Shown here piece after piece: positions 52,980 through 64,000 of a DNA stretch of 64,000 nt (position 1 is the stretch's first letter; every line of letters starts with the position of its first letter). The DNA is taken from NCBI RefSeq assembly GCF_006345805.1, contig NC_043007.1:37076001-37140000 (forward strand), given 5' to 3'. A program made the position numbers and the translations under genes. The stretch comes from Octopus sinensis. Its lineage: Eukaryota. The notes under the pieces are model-generated. The model worked only from the letters and a program-made list of their open reading frames with translations, was not told where the DNA came from and ran no database searches.

Positions 52980-53198
52980 TATTTCTTTACTACCCACAAG
53001 GGGCTAAACATAGGGAGGACAAACAGATTAAGTCAGTTATATCGACCCCAGTGCATAACTGGTACTTAATTTATCGACCCCGAAAGGATGAAAGGCAAAG
53101 TCGACCTCGGCGGAATTTGAACTCAGAACGTAGCGGCAGACAAAATACCATTAAGCATTTCGCCCAGCACACTAACGTTTCTGCCAGCTCGCCGCCTT
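52980..53198 (-). mobile_element. SINE family C
   Basis: Reverse complement of family C. Confidence 0.85.
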
Positions 53199-54409
53199 TT
53201 TAGTTGCTCAACCTGCTTACAGTTTTAATGGTGGAAATAGTTGAGACCCATACAAAATACTTTATGGTATTTAGTTATGTCCTTTTACTTTTAAGTTCAA
53301 ATCATGCCAGATTTCAGCTGTGACCTTTATCTCTCCAATATCAATAAAATGTACATTATCAGTAATGCACTAAACCAATTCGATCAGTTATAACCCTTGA
53401 ACGTAATGCTTTTAAATACCAGATCCATTCCAATCTGCATTGTCTATAGTGTCCAAAAATTTCAATCAACTGATCTTATCGAAGTTACTTCCCTTCACTT
53501 GTTCTTTGTTTTTAAACTTTTCAAAATTTCTAGAGGGAGGTTTTTGTAGTTTTTTTCTTTGTTTTGCTATTTTTCCTCCCTTTTTTTTTTGTCTATTAAT
53601 TTCTTTGGATAATCTCAGCCGATCAAAGTTTCTCAATTGACTATATTACATATGAGAAAGCCTGTTGCATCTGTCAGGCTGATGACCTGCCAGTAATTCC
53701 TGCCATCACCATTAGTAGTAGCAGCAGCAGCTGCTGCTACTAGGAGAACCAGCGACAAAAATGCCTGCTCACCTGAGATTATTAGCTCAAATATATGTAA
53801 GAAAAATGAAGTTTTGTTATACACATTCAGGTGAATACAATGTGATGGCTAATGAAATTTGATACAGTGAACTGGTGAAAGAATGTTTCATGGGGAATAA
53901 GGGCAGGTGGGGGAGATGTCTAGTTATTTATTTATTTTCCCCTTCTACTGTTTTTTTTCTCCCTTTTATTTTATTTTATTATATTTTTTTTAAGTGGTGA
54001 CCTGTGTGCAAGGATGAAATGTCATACTGTTCCTCCTGTCACAACTTCAAACATATGAAATACTGAGGTAATAGCTGACTGCCTGCTAGATCACATGACT
54101 AACAATCATAAGAATTGAGATACTTCATCTTGCATTCAAGTCAGTATATAATATAAATAAAGCAAAAAATAAAGCCATACTAAACATGTAACCTTTCCCA
54201 TGAAATTAGATATTACAACACATGCACACACACACAAATGAGTAATATATTATATAAATGAATATATATATATATATCGGAGTAAACACATAAATGTGAA
54301 ACAAGGTGGAAAAAAGAGTACTCAAATACCAGTGGTAGAGTAATATGCTTTATTTAAAGTGAAACTCAGAGTAACAGATTTTGTTGAATTTTCTGCTGCT
54401 TTAAATAAA

Positions 54410-54482
<73 letters not shown>

Positions 54483-54487
54483 GTACA

Positions 54488-54804
54488 CAGACCTGTAGGA
54501 AGTAAATAGACACCTTTAATTTTCAAAATCTTGTTTAATATGCAAAGCAAACAATTGAAATGTAATCAATAGGTAGGACTACATACTTTAGTATTTAGTT
54601 GACATTCCCTTTGCAGGTTTTAATTCATAAACTTTTTTTGGCATTGAACTGATGAGCTTTGTGATTGTCTCTTGTGGAATTTCTGCCCACTTTTCACGCA
54701 ACAATCGAAACAATTCATCTTTAGATTTAGATTTCTGTCGAGTTTTTCATATAGTTCTATCTAGTATACTCCAAGATTTTCAGTTGGTTTCATGTCAGGA
54801 GATT
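54488..54804 (-). mobile_element. Truncated copy of the Tc1 element at 22779
   Basis: Same TIR and transposase 3' end; ends where the SINE at 54805 begins. Confidence 0.85.
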
Positions 54805-55135
54805 GGCACATGGCTCAGTGGTTGGAGCATCAAGCTTACGATCATGAGGTTGTGAGTTTGATTCCAGGAGTGGGCTGCATGTTGTGTTCTTGAGCAAGAC
54901 ACTTTATTTCACATTACTCCAGTTCACTCAGCTGTAGAAATGAGTTGCGATATCACTGGTACCAAGCTCTATTGGCCGTTGCCTTTCCCTTGGATAACAT
55001 TGGTGGTGTGGAGAGAGGAGGCTGGTATGCATGGGCGATTGCTGGTCTTCCATAAATAACCTTGCTCAGACTTGTGCCTGGGAGAGTAACTTTCTAGGTG
55101 CAATCCCATGGTTATTCATGACTGGAGGGGATCAC
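54805..55135 (+). mobile_element. tRNA-derived SINE, head H2 + tail T4
   Basis: ggcacatggctcagtggttgg...gagtttgattcc head; tail as 40185-40512. Confidence 0.75.
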
Positions 55136-55589
55136 TTTTTTTTTTTTAGTACCTGACTAGTACTTAATTTATTGACACTGAAAGGACGAAAGGCAAAGTC
55201 AACCTTCGTGGCATTTGATCTCAGAATGTGAAGATGATCAAAATGCTGCTTAGCCCTTTGTCCAGCATGCTAACAATTCCATCTGCTCACCACCTTACAT
55301 ACATATATGCATTCATACAAATGTATGTATATATATATATATAATACAGTGTACATTACATGAATAATATATACTCTATTGGCTAATTTTTCTATACGCT
55401 AGGCCACTGGTAGTAAAAATTTCTAAAATCTTTATTACCGTAATATTATTAATTATGTGTGTGTGTGTGTGTACACACACACATTCATATGTAAGAAATC
55501 CCATAGTTGTGAATAGGTTTAGAGGAATTTTAACTGATTTATATGACTGTTGGGAATTTCTAAGAAATAATCTGCCTTGTGCTACAGAT

Positions 55590-56620
55590 CAAACATATGG
55601 CTGGGACAAAGCCATAACCAAATTGAAGGTAACATAATGGTTGATAGGATAGGTAAGGCTAAGAGACAGGGACAGGCTTGGGAAATCTGGAAGGATATTG
55701 GTATTAGGGAGAAGTATCAAATGGCTAGAAGAGCAGTTAAGTGACAGGTATACTTGGCTAAGGGTGAGGCAGAAAGTAAGATATTTGCACATGTCCTACA
55801 TGAGTCACAGAAGCATGATGTGTTCTGGATTGCAAGGCAGTGTCTGAGAAAGAACTGAGACAGAATTCTTAGTATGCTGTACAAAGTGTTTAGCAGTATT
55901 TTGGTCCATCTTCAGGTTCTGAGTTTGGCAAGAAGTATATTCAGAATGATGAGGGCATACTCATCATACACATGGAAGACAAGAAAGTGGCGTGGAAGTG
56001 TTATTACGAGAGGCTTCTGAATGTGGAGAATGCATGGAGTATAGAAGTGCTGCCTCATACTGATGCTGGCCCAATTTAAGTTTATAGTAGCTTGGTAGAT
56101 AAAGTGATTAAGAAAGTTGTGTATTTGTTAGGGATTGTTGCAGAGATACTCAAGATATCTGATGATGTAGGATGCATAGACAAATCCAGGTTATACAGGA
56201 AGCTGTCATACTCAGTAACTAGCATAGATGTGTCATCATAAAAGCCACAAGAACAATGACGTTGCTTCTGTGAGAGGATGAATCAAACTAGGTGATCAGG
56301 TTATGATGTTCCCAGAGAAAGTTGTAATACAATTAATCTGTGATAGAGTAGAGCTAGATGAGATGCAGTTTGGCTTCATGCTCAAAGGGGGTACCACAGA
56401 TGCTATCTTCTTAGTGAGGCAACTGCAGGGGAAATACTTGGTTAAAAATAAACCACTATTCTTGGTTTTTGTTGATTTGGAGAGGGCCTTTGAAAGAGTA
56501 CTTAGTGATCTGATAGCCATTAAGGAAACTAGATGTAGATGAATGACTTGTGAGAGTTGTACAAGCTATATACAATGATGCAGTGAGTAAAGTGAGAGTT
56601 ATCAATGATTTCAGTTACAG
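55590..56620 (+). mobile_element. RTE-clade LINE reverse transcriptase remnant
   Basis: QFGFMLKGGTTDAIFLVRQLQGKY...LFLVFVDLERAFERV. Confidence 0.85.
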
Positions 56621-57264
56621 AATTTAGCATCCTTCTCCTTCTTCCTGCTCTGCCTTCTCCTTTTCCCTATCTCCTTGTTCTTCCTTTCTCCTTCTCCTCC
56701 TTCTCTTCCTTTGCTGCCAACAACAACATCAATACTAGACACCAGTAGAACCTACATACAGCTGTTTGATGTGCTATAAATAGAAGCCAAGTCTCTTCAG
56801 AACCACACTTACTCACTTCACAAAATGGAACAGGAAACGTTGGATAATGTAGTGCACTATTCCTGTTTAAAATAACAAATGAGCCAAAAAGAAAGGGATG
56901 GTCATAGCTGAAATACGTTTGTTCATAGATCTGCTTGATTAGAGCTGGCCTGGGGTTATACAAAAACAACAATAAAAAATATTTACATGTATGTATGTGT
57001 ATGTGTGTTTATGTACACATGTAAGTTACAATTTCTCCAGTTTTATTCCACTCTTCTTTTCTGTCTATGTCTAATCTATCTTTCTGAAAAAGATTGAATG
57101 CTCAAAATGTTAAAGACATTTCCTTTTTTTAATTTTTTTTTTGTCCCGTTTCCTGAGTGTCAAATTAACACTAATTCTGTTTTGTCTTTAAATTACTTCA
57201 TCTCTCCTTTGTGTTGTATTTTTCATCACCTCTACACCATCTTACATATGATCCTTTCTATTAT

Positions 57265-57878
57265 AGGCACAAAACCTGAAATTTGGGGAAAGGGGATAGT
57301 CGATTACATCGACCCCAGTACTCAACTGGTACGTAATTTATTAACCCCAAAAGGATGAAAGGTAAAGTCGACCTTGGCGGAATTTGAACTCAGAATGTAG
57401 CAACTGGCGAAATACTTCTAAGCATTTCGTCCAGAATTCTAACAATTCATTTCTACACTAGGCACAAGGCCTGAAATTTTGGGGGAGGGGGTCAGTTGAT
57501 TAGATCAACCTCAGTACATGACTGGTACTTAATTTATCATCCCCAAAAGGATGAAAGGCAAAGTCAACCTCAGTTGGATTTGAACTCAGAACGTAAAGAC
57601 AGATGAAATACCGCTAAGCATTTCACCCAGCATGCTAATGTTTCTTATTTCTTTATTACCCACAAGGGGCTAAACATAGAAGGGACAGACAAGGACAGAC
57701 AAAGGGATTAAGTCGATTACATCAACCCCAGTGCGTAACTGGTACTTAATTTATCGACCCCGAAAGGATGAAAGGCAAAGTTGACCTCTGCGGAGTTTGA
57801 GCTCAGAACGTAACGGCAGACGAAATATGGCTACGCATTTCGTCTGGCATGCTAATGTTTCTGCCAGCTCGGTGCCTT
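57265..57878 (-). mobile_element. Tandem array of 3-4 family C SINE units
   Basis: Repeated aaaggatgaaaggcaaagtcgacc...gaactcagaacgta. Confidence 0.85.
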
Positions 57879-58405
57879 CCACCATCTTGCATATAATAAA
57901 ATGCAATGTGTCTCATTGGCCACGCTGGTGAAAGAAAAGTAGTACAACTAATGGAGTGGATGTGGGTGACAGTCAGAGACACTAAACGCAGGCCAACTGC
58001 ATTCAAATGATTTACTCTGAAGATGCTGGTATTTTCATCAAAATGAAACTGCAAATTTTTATCGTAAATTGAATTTAGTTTATCAGTTTCACACACAGAA
58101 ACAGAAATATATGTATTAAATTAAATCTTAAACAGTTGTCCCTGTTTCTCATCTACTCCATGTTTCGAAGGTGAGAAGATGAATCAGGGACAACTGAAGA
58201 AGGGGAATATTCTTTATGTTGTTTGTTTCGTTGTTTGAAAAAAATGTTCGTTTCTATCTTTTTGTTTTTATGTTTTCGTTTCTCATTGTGTTCAACGTTT
58301 TTTCGATGTCCTGTACCCTTATATGCATGTATATATACATATATATGTAGGTAAGTACATATGTATATGTATGTATATATGCATATATATATTTTTTACT
58401 GATAT

Positions 58406-58441
<36 letters not shown>

Positions 58442-59152
58442 TACATATACACATATATACATATGTATATAGATTTATTTATTTATTTATTCTCTGATAT
58501 CTGTCCTTTTTCTTTTTTTCAGTCAGATTCCTTCTTATATTCTGGAGACATTGGATCCTGGAATTCTGATTGCAAGATGTCTGTTACTAATGTGATAATT
58601 TAAATGATGCAAGTTACCGTTAACCATCGTCACCGTCAACATACACACAGTTTGAATATTCTTTTATTATATGCCAACTTCAGAGTACAAAAGAAGTAAA
58701 TAATAATAATAATAATAATAATAATAATTAGCAATAACCAAGCCTCATTGGCTGCATGGAGGTATTAGAGATTTTTAAACAAGCTATCAATATAATAAAT
58801 TTTCCAACCTGATCCATCATCAATATGATTATTAAAGAAATCTGCAGGGTAAAATGGAACTATTTTTCAACAAAATCATATATTGAAAACAAATAATTTC
58901 AAAAGTTAAAAGATTTTATTTAATAAAGAAAACAGAGAAAGGAAACTTATGATCTTAAGACATAACTTTACCAAGATGAGAATTCATTGTCCATTCCACT
59001 TTCAGATTATCCCTTTGGGTTCATGCAGGTCCGGCCAAAATGTTTGGTTCATACTCTGATTTTTCAGGTCTTGATGTAAGATCGATAGCTCCCATATACT
59101 TCAACATCAGCAAAAATAATAAAATTGAAGAAATCTCTTTGATCTTGTTACC

Positions 59153-62100
59153 ATGGATATGAACCAAATTGATACAAGGTTGTTCTCTGAAATGGAAGAA
59201 TCCTCATTCGAGTCCGTTTCTATTTATGATGATGCTCCGCAGTTGGTCACCTCTGACACAGACCTGGCAGTTCAGTCAGTATCCTCCGATGTATCATTAA
59301 CAAACTTCTTTCAGGAAACGCCAGCATCAGCTGCAACTGAACTACCATCATCCATATTGTCATCATCATCGTCATCATCATCATCATCTTCATCTTCCTC
59401 GTCATTAACAACAGCAACACCTTCACTGTCATTGTCATCTTCCAACCAACAACCTCAGTCCCAAGCTTCACCTTCTATTACGATTGTTGATGAAGAGCCT
59501 CTTGATACTCTACAAATTACCTCGGGGACACCTTCTAAGAACACTAATGCCACTAGTGTTACGTTTTCAAAGCCAGTTCAAAGCAATGAAAATCCTTCTG
59601 CGTCTCAGCAAAACCTAACCAATGTTTCCAGTCTTCCGGATCAACAACAGGTTTACCATTCCACCGAGGCAACGAATGTTATTGCCGATGTAGCACCTTT
59701 ACCCTCAGCTGTAAATGGAGGGAGCAGTCAACCAGAGAAATCAGAGAAAAACTCCGAACCATCCCCTGGTGGAGTTTCTCTGTCAAAGATAGATAAGCCA
59801 TTCAAATGTGAGTACTGTAAGAAGATGTTTTCTCAGGCCTGTCACCTTACTCAACACATTCGAACTCATACAGGTGAGAGGCCTTTTAAATGTGACTACT
59901 GCCAGAAGGCTTTCACTTTGCGTGGTGACCTCAACCGGCATATTCGCATTCACACAGGAGAGAGACCATTTCATTGTCCACAGTGTCCGAAAGCATTCAC
60001 GCTCCGTGGTGACCTGACTAGGCATGTCAAGATACACTTAGGCACAGATAAGCTGTTCAAGTGTAACAAATGTGAGAAGCGCTTTACCAGTCTTCGCACT
60101 CTCTCGATGCATTGCCGGAATGTTCATTTCGAAGAGAAGCGCTATCGATGCAAATACTGTTCTGATTCGTTTCCTGCTCTGAGTCATTTAATAAAACACA
60201 TGAGACTCCACTCGCTGAGTCACGGAGATGTTTCTGCAAACAAGGTGTATTCCACAGGTGAGGTAGGGTTGAACAAGCCACTGAAGATTAGAAGAAGCAA
60301 TGTAGTTCGCAACTTGGTGAGCAACCAAGCTTTATCTCAGGAACAGAACAAGAAAGTTCTGCAAAACTCTTCAGCGTGGTTTAACAACCAGTCAAGAGAT
60401 TTAACCAATAGGCAGGGAAGCAAGTATAACTTGGACAAGTCTCTTGTGCCCACCACTTATTTTTCAACACCTCAATGTCGAAACGTCTTAGATAAAGAAC
60501 TTAAAAGCATTTCAAAAAACCAGCACTTAAGCAATAAAAGTAGCAAACGCTCATTTGTAGAACAACAAGGTGCTGCAGCTAAAATGCTCAAGCGGTCCGA
60601 AGTTGAAGAAGTGGTCATTCTTGATGATGATCCAATAGAAGATGGCTTATCAGTCAATCAATCCAAAGATGGGGGTAAAGACAGATCAAAGGTATCAGGT
60701 GGAAACAGTAAGGTGCATTTGCCAATTAAAACAAGTCGCAGTCAGGAACATGGAATAAAGAGCGATTCCAAGAGATTACTGATTCACAGTCGAAACTTCT
60801 TGAAGTCAAACTATTCCTCAGCTCCAAAAAAAGACCACGTCCGAAAACAGTTCCAGTTCTTTGTAAATAACAGTAGGAATTCCATTGTTGGAAGAAGTCG
60901 GCTAGGTGTTCTTGATAAGGATGTACGGACATCCAGTGAAGGCCGAGTGACATCAAAAAGCATTGCAATACAAACTGAAAGAGATATAGATGAGAAAAAA
61001 ATGGAATTTATCCGGAACAATATTGAAAGTGCTGATCTGAAACATGTTGCCGTGCATTGCCGCACAAAGACTGGTCAGTGGCTATTTTACTGTGAGAAGT
61101 GTAACGAGCTATCCATGAATATTGACTTCAACACATTTTCATTACTGAACTTAGCTCACCCGCCAGATCCATTAGGTAACTTAGATCATTCTCGTAACCC
61201 CGTTTCTACTGCTCCCAAAACAAATGAATTGGGGAGAGAGAGGTCTGATATCTCGAACTATGATACTTTAGATCTGAACAGTGGGAAAAGTAATAGCAGG
61301 AGATTATCATTAGAAAAGGAACAAACTCGAATCAATAACAAGCCAAATGTTTTGAGCAACCGAAGAAAGAACAACATGCCATCAAAGACATTCTCTTGTG
61401 ACCAATGTCCACTGCAGTTCGTTGGATCTGCTGAACTGGTCAACCACTTGAAAACTCACACAAGCCAGAACAAGCCAGATATTTATTCATCAAGCAGCAA
61501 TTTGACTGAAGCGATTAAGAAAAACAGAGAACTAATCCAGATTCTCAATGGTTATTGCGATCAGTCAGAATTTGATGACCAATTCATTAACAGAAGTTTG
61601 ACCTTTGACCTTACAAACTATCAGAAGTTTTCATCTGAACTAAATGATTCTCAGTTCAGTTCCAGCTTTCCAGAAAACCTTTCCCATAGTGACCAGTTTG
61701 TTAATCTTGATAGCTATTGTGGCAATAACGAAGACATGGTACTTCTTGAAGAGATTTCCACAACTAACACCAACACCACCAACAACAACAACAGCAACAA
61801 CAATAACAACAGTATTGAAATGAACTCAATCACAGATGCTGGTAGTCAAGACAGGCTTGGAGTAAATTCTAGCAACAAAACCTCAAACACCATCAGTAAC
61901 TTTGATGTAAAATTGTCCCTAGTAAATGACTGTTCAGAACTTTCTCAGGGTAACTTCAAAAATGACAGTGGCACTTTCCTAACTGTAGACAAATCTCAAG
62001 ATCTTTCTCGAAATGATATCCTGGCATCAAGAAAAGACCAGTGTGATAAAGACATCAATTTCATGACACACAATGTAAATTTTGATGGCCAAGCAGGAGC

Positions 62101-63832
62101 AACTTATTTAGAAGAGAATGCTTACACAAGCAATCAGCCAGTGAACCAACGAACCACAACGTCATCAACATCATTAGCAGCAGCAGCACAAAATGAAATC
62201 ATTAATGACATTACTGTAGATCTGAATAAATTTCCAGTGACAAGTGAGTCCAGTACTGACCTGCAGCAAAACTTCTTTTGTATTGACCAATCTGAAAGTG
62301 ACCAAGATTCACCTCTTGTCATAACATCTGTATCTTCAGGAAACCTTCCTAATGCAGAAGACTCAGCCAGCTCTGGACATTCTCTGTACACCTGTGAGTT
62401 TTGTAAGGTTAATTATTTAACTGTTGACAATTTCGTTAACCATATGTCAGTGCATGAAGATAAAAGATTGTTTAAGTGTATGATATGCCATATCTACTTC
62501 TCCACTGTTGATTCATTCACAACCCACTTCAGAAGACACACACCCAGACCAAATTTGAAATCAAACTCTTCTGTTAAAATTGATAATTTGGAGAAAAGTT
62601 TCCAGAAGCAATCAGAAACAAACTTGGAGACTGCAGGCCAACAAAATTCCCAGAACAAAACCTCCAAACAGTTCAGTAGAGATGGCTTATTTCAGTGCAA
62701 AATCTGTAGTAAGCAATTTGATAATCACAGCAGTTTGGAGTCCCATCTGAAGAACCATACAGAACAAAGATCCCTTCCAAGTTCTGATTTGATGACAACT
62801 TCTAGTTTGAGAAGTAGTAAAGATTTGAGCCCAGATATCCAAAGATCAGAAGCCTCCTCAGAAAAGGCCCAGTTTCAATGTGATCAGTGCTTGTCTACGT
62901 TTCAGCATAAAAATGATTTTATTTCTCATTTGAAAACCCACATTGAGAATTTGGAGTTAGCATATAACCAAACTGAGGAGGCAAACAGTTTTCAAAATGT
63001 GGACACTTTGTATTTCATTGAGAAATGTAAAGAAGAATACACAGAACCTACTCAAACAGATCCTTTAAACGGTAAAGAGCTCAAACCTACAACAAGTCAA
63101 GAGAGTTCTTTGAGTACCACATCTACTTTAGCTAACAGCGTTTCTGCTACAAACAGCCCTTATTTGTGCAATGTTTGTAATCAGTCATTTGTTGAGCGTC
63201 TGCATCTTGTTAAGCATTTAATCACACACATTGGAAATAAACAGGTACTGAACAGCAGTTTAAGAAACCTAGACAGTTCACCAGCGTCTATTGAAAATGT
63301 AACTCAGGTACAGAACGACAAATTGTATAGTTGTAAACACTGCAACAAAGTGTTTACTCATATGCACCAACTACTGAAACATATGGCTGTGCACAGAAAA
63401 ACCAAGTCTTTTGTCTGTCGCTTTTGCCAAAAGGAAATAACTCTCTACAAAGACTTCATCAACCATCTGAAAATTCACACAGGACCTTTGCAATGTCCTG
63501 TCTGTCGAAAGACATTTTTACATTCGAGCCTTCTCAAATCACACGTTCTAACTCACAACATTGAGAAAGCATTTGCTTGTCAGTACTGTGATAAATCTTT
63601 TGCCCAATCATGTCACTTAACACAGCACATACGCACACACACAGGAGAAAAACCATTTGCCTGTTCATATTGCCATAAAGCCTTCTCGCTACGTGGCGAC
63701 TTGAATCGGCACATTCGTACACACACTGGCGAGAAACCATACAAATGCAATCTGTGCGAGAAAGCTTTTGCATTAAAGGGAGACTTAACCCGACATAAAA
63801 ACACTCACAAAGCTGAAATCATATTAACATGA
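59153..63832 (+). CDS. C2H2 zinc-finger protein, 1559 aa, 17 fingers, single coding exon
   Basis: Uninterrupted 4680-bp ORF; gttaccATGG strong Kozak with in-frame upstream stops; 17 CxxC-12-HxxxH motifs counted; TGERP/TGEKP linkers in fingers 1-3 and 15-17; candidate acceptor ttttcag at 59067. Confidence 0.97.
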   Translation: MDMNQIDTRLFSEMEESSFESVSIYDDAPQLVTSDTDLAVQSVSSDVSLTNFFQETPASAATELPSSILSSSSSSSSSSSSSSSLTTATPSLSLSSSNQQPQSQASPSITIVDEEPLDTLQITSGTPSKNTNATSVTFSKPVQSNENPSASQQNLTNVSSLPDQQQVYHSTEATNVIADVAPLPSAVNGGSSQPEKSEKNSEPSPGGVSLSKIDKPFKCEYCKKMFSQACHLTQHIRTHTGERPFKCDYCQKAFTLRGDLNRHIRIHTGERPFHCPQCPKAFTLRGDLTRHVKIHLGTDKLFKCNKCEKRFTSLRTLSMHCRNVHFEEKRYRCKYCSDSFPALSHLIKHMRLHSLSHGDVSANKVYSTGEVGLNKPLKIRRSNVVRNLVSNQALSQEQNKKVLQNSSAWFNNQSRDLTNRQGSKYNLDKSLVPTTYFSTPQCRNVLDKELKSISKNQHLSNKSSKRSFVEQQGAAAKMLKRSEVEEVVILDDDPIEDGLSVNQSKDGGKDRSKVSGGNSKVHLPIKTSRSQEHGIKSDSKRLLIHSRNFLKSNYSSAPKKDHVRKQFQFFVNNSRNSIVGRSRLGVLDKDVRTSSEGRVTSKSIAIQTERDIDEKKMEFIRNNIESADLKHVAVHCRTKTGQWLFYCEKCNELSMNIDFNTFSLLNLAHPPDPLGNLDHSRNPVSTAPKTNELGRERSDISNYDTLDLNSGKSNSRRLSLEKEQTRINNKPNVLSNRRKNNMPSKTFSCDQCPLQFVGSAELVNHLKTHTSQNKPDIYSSSSNLTEAIKKNRELIQILNGYCDQSEFDDQFINRSLTFDLTNYQKFSSELNDSQFSSSFPENLSHSDQFVNLDSYCGNNEDMVLLEEISTTNTNTTNNNNSNNNNNSIEMNSITDAGSQDRLGVNSSNKTSNTISNFDVKLSLVNDCSELSQGNFKNDSGTFLTVDKSQDLSRNDILASRKDQCDKDINFMTHNVNFDGQAGATYLEENAYTSNQPVNQRTTTSSTSLAAAAQNEIINDITVDLNKFPVTSESSTDLQQNFFCIDQSESDQDSPLVITSVSSGNLPNAEDSASSGHSLYTCEFCKVNYLTVDNFVNHMSVHEDKRLFKCMICHIYFSTVDSFTTHFRRHTPRPNLKSNSSVKIDNLEKSFQKQSETNLETAGQQNSQNKTSKQFSRDGLFQCKICSKQFDNHSSLESHLKNHTEQRSLPSSDLMTTSSLRSSKDLSPDIQRSEASSEKAQFQCDQCLSTFQHKNDFISHLKTHIENLELAYNQTEEANSFQNVDTLYFIEKCKEEYTEPTQTDPLNGKELKPTTSQESSLSTTSTLANSVSATNSPYLCNVCNQSFVERLHLVKHLITHIGNKQVLNSSLRNLDSSPASIENVTQVQNDKLYSCKHCNKVFTHMHQLLKHMAVHRKTKSFVCRFCQKEITLYKDFINHLKIHTGPLQCPVCRKTFLHSSLLKSHVLTHNIEKAFACQYCDKSFAQSCHLTQHIRTHTGEKPFACSYCHKAFSLRGDLNRHIRTHTGEKPYKCNLCEKAFALKGDLTRHKNTHKAEIILT

Positions 63833-64000
63833 TAAACACTTAATTTTGCTACACCATACCATATATGGCAGGAATTTAAAAAATTTTATGAAACAAAAAA
63901 AATTTTCCAATCTATTTATTTTTCTTCAAAAATTTTTTTTTTTTTTCCTTTTCACCAGTTCTTTGTTGCTTGCCAATTTAGAGCAAGAAATTAGTTTTTG

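Noticed and set aside
53617-53798. Possible exon between ctcag and gtaaga
   Set aside because: All frames stop; could be a 5' UTR exon of the ZNF gene but unsupported from sequence alone.
58133-58196. 12-bp stem hairpin cagttgtccctg/cagggacaactg followed by ctgaaga
   Set aside because: No downstream GAAA with stems; probably a remnant of a dispersed repeat, and nothing further can be supported.
59153-63832. Assigning a gene symbol to the zinc-finger protein
   Set aside because: No KRAB, BTB, SET or ZAD domain or orthology-defining finger sequence recognised.

Overview
AT-rich animal genomic DNA, inferred to be octopus/cephalopod from its tRNA-derived SINE families, dense (AT)n/(AGAT)n/(ATT)n microsatellites and a giant single-exon C2H2 zinc-finger gene. 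One 100-N assembly gap lies at 2217-2316. The only complete gene is a 1559-aa, 17-finger C2H2 protein (59153-63832). Its first three and last three fingers carry near-identical recognition helices despite many synonymous codon differences. Two spliceable exons of an unrecognised low-complexity protein lie at 5988-6406 and 8433-9245, with a second reading frame also open across the junction. The rest is mostly mobile DNA: modular SINEs, Tc1/mariner and hAT remnants and MITEs, CR1 and RTE LINE fragments, a candidate (ATT)n-targeting LINE tail and two Penelope-like elements. Several minimal hammerhead-ribozyme-like motifs occur in the Penelope terminal inverted repeats and in a 326-bp palindrome. 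Nearly all other ORF-track entries are translated microsatellites or SINEs. Repeat family names are from recall, not database searches, and many repeat boundaries are approximate.
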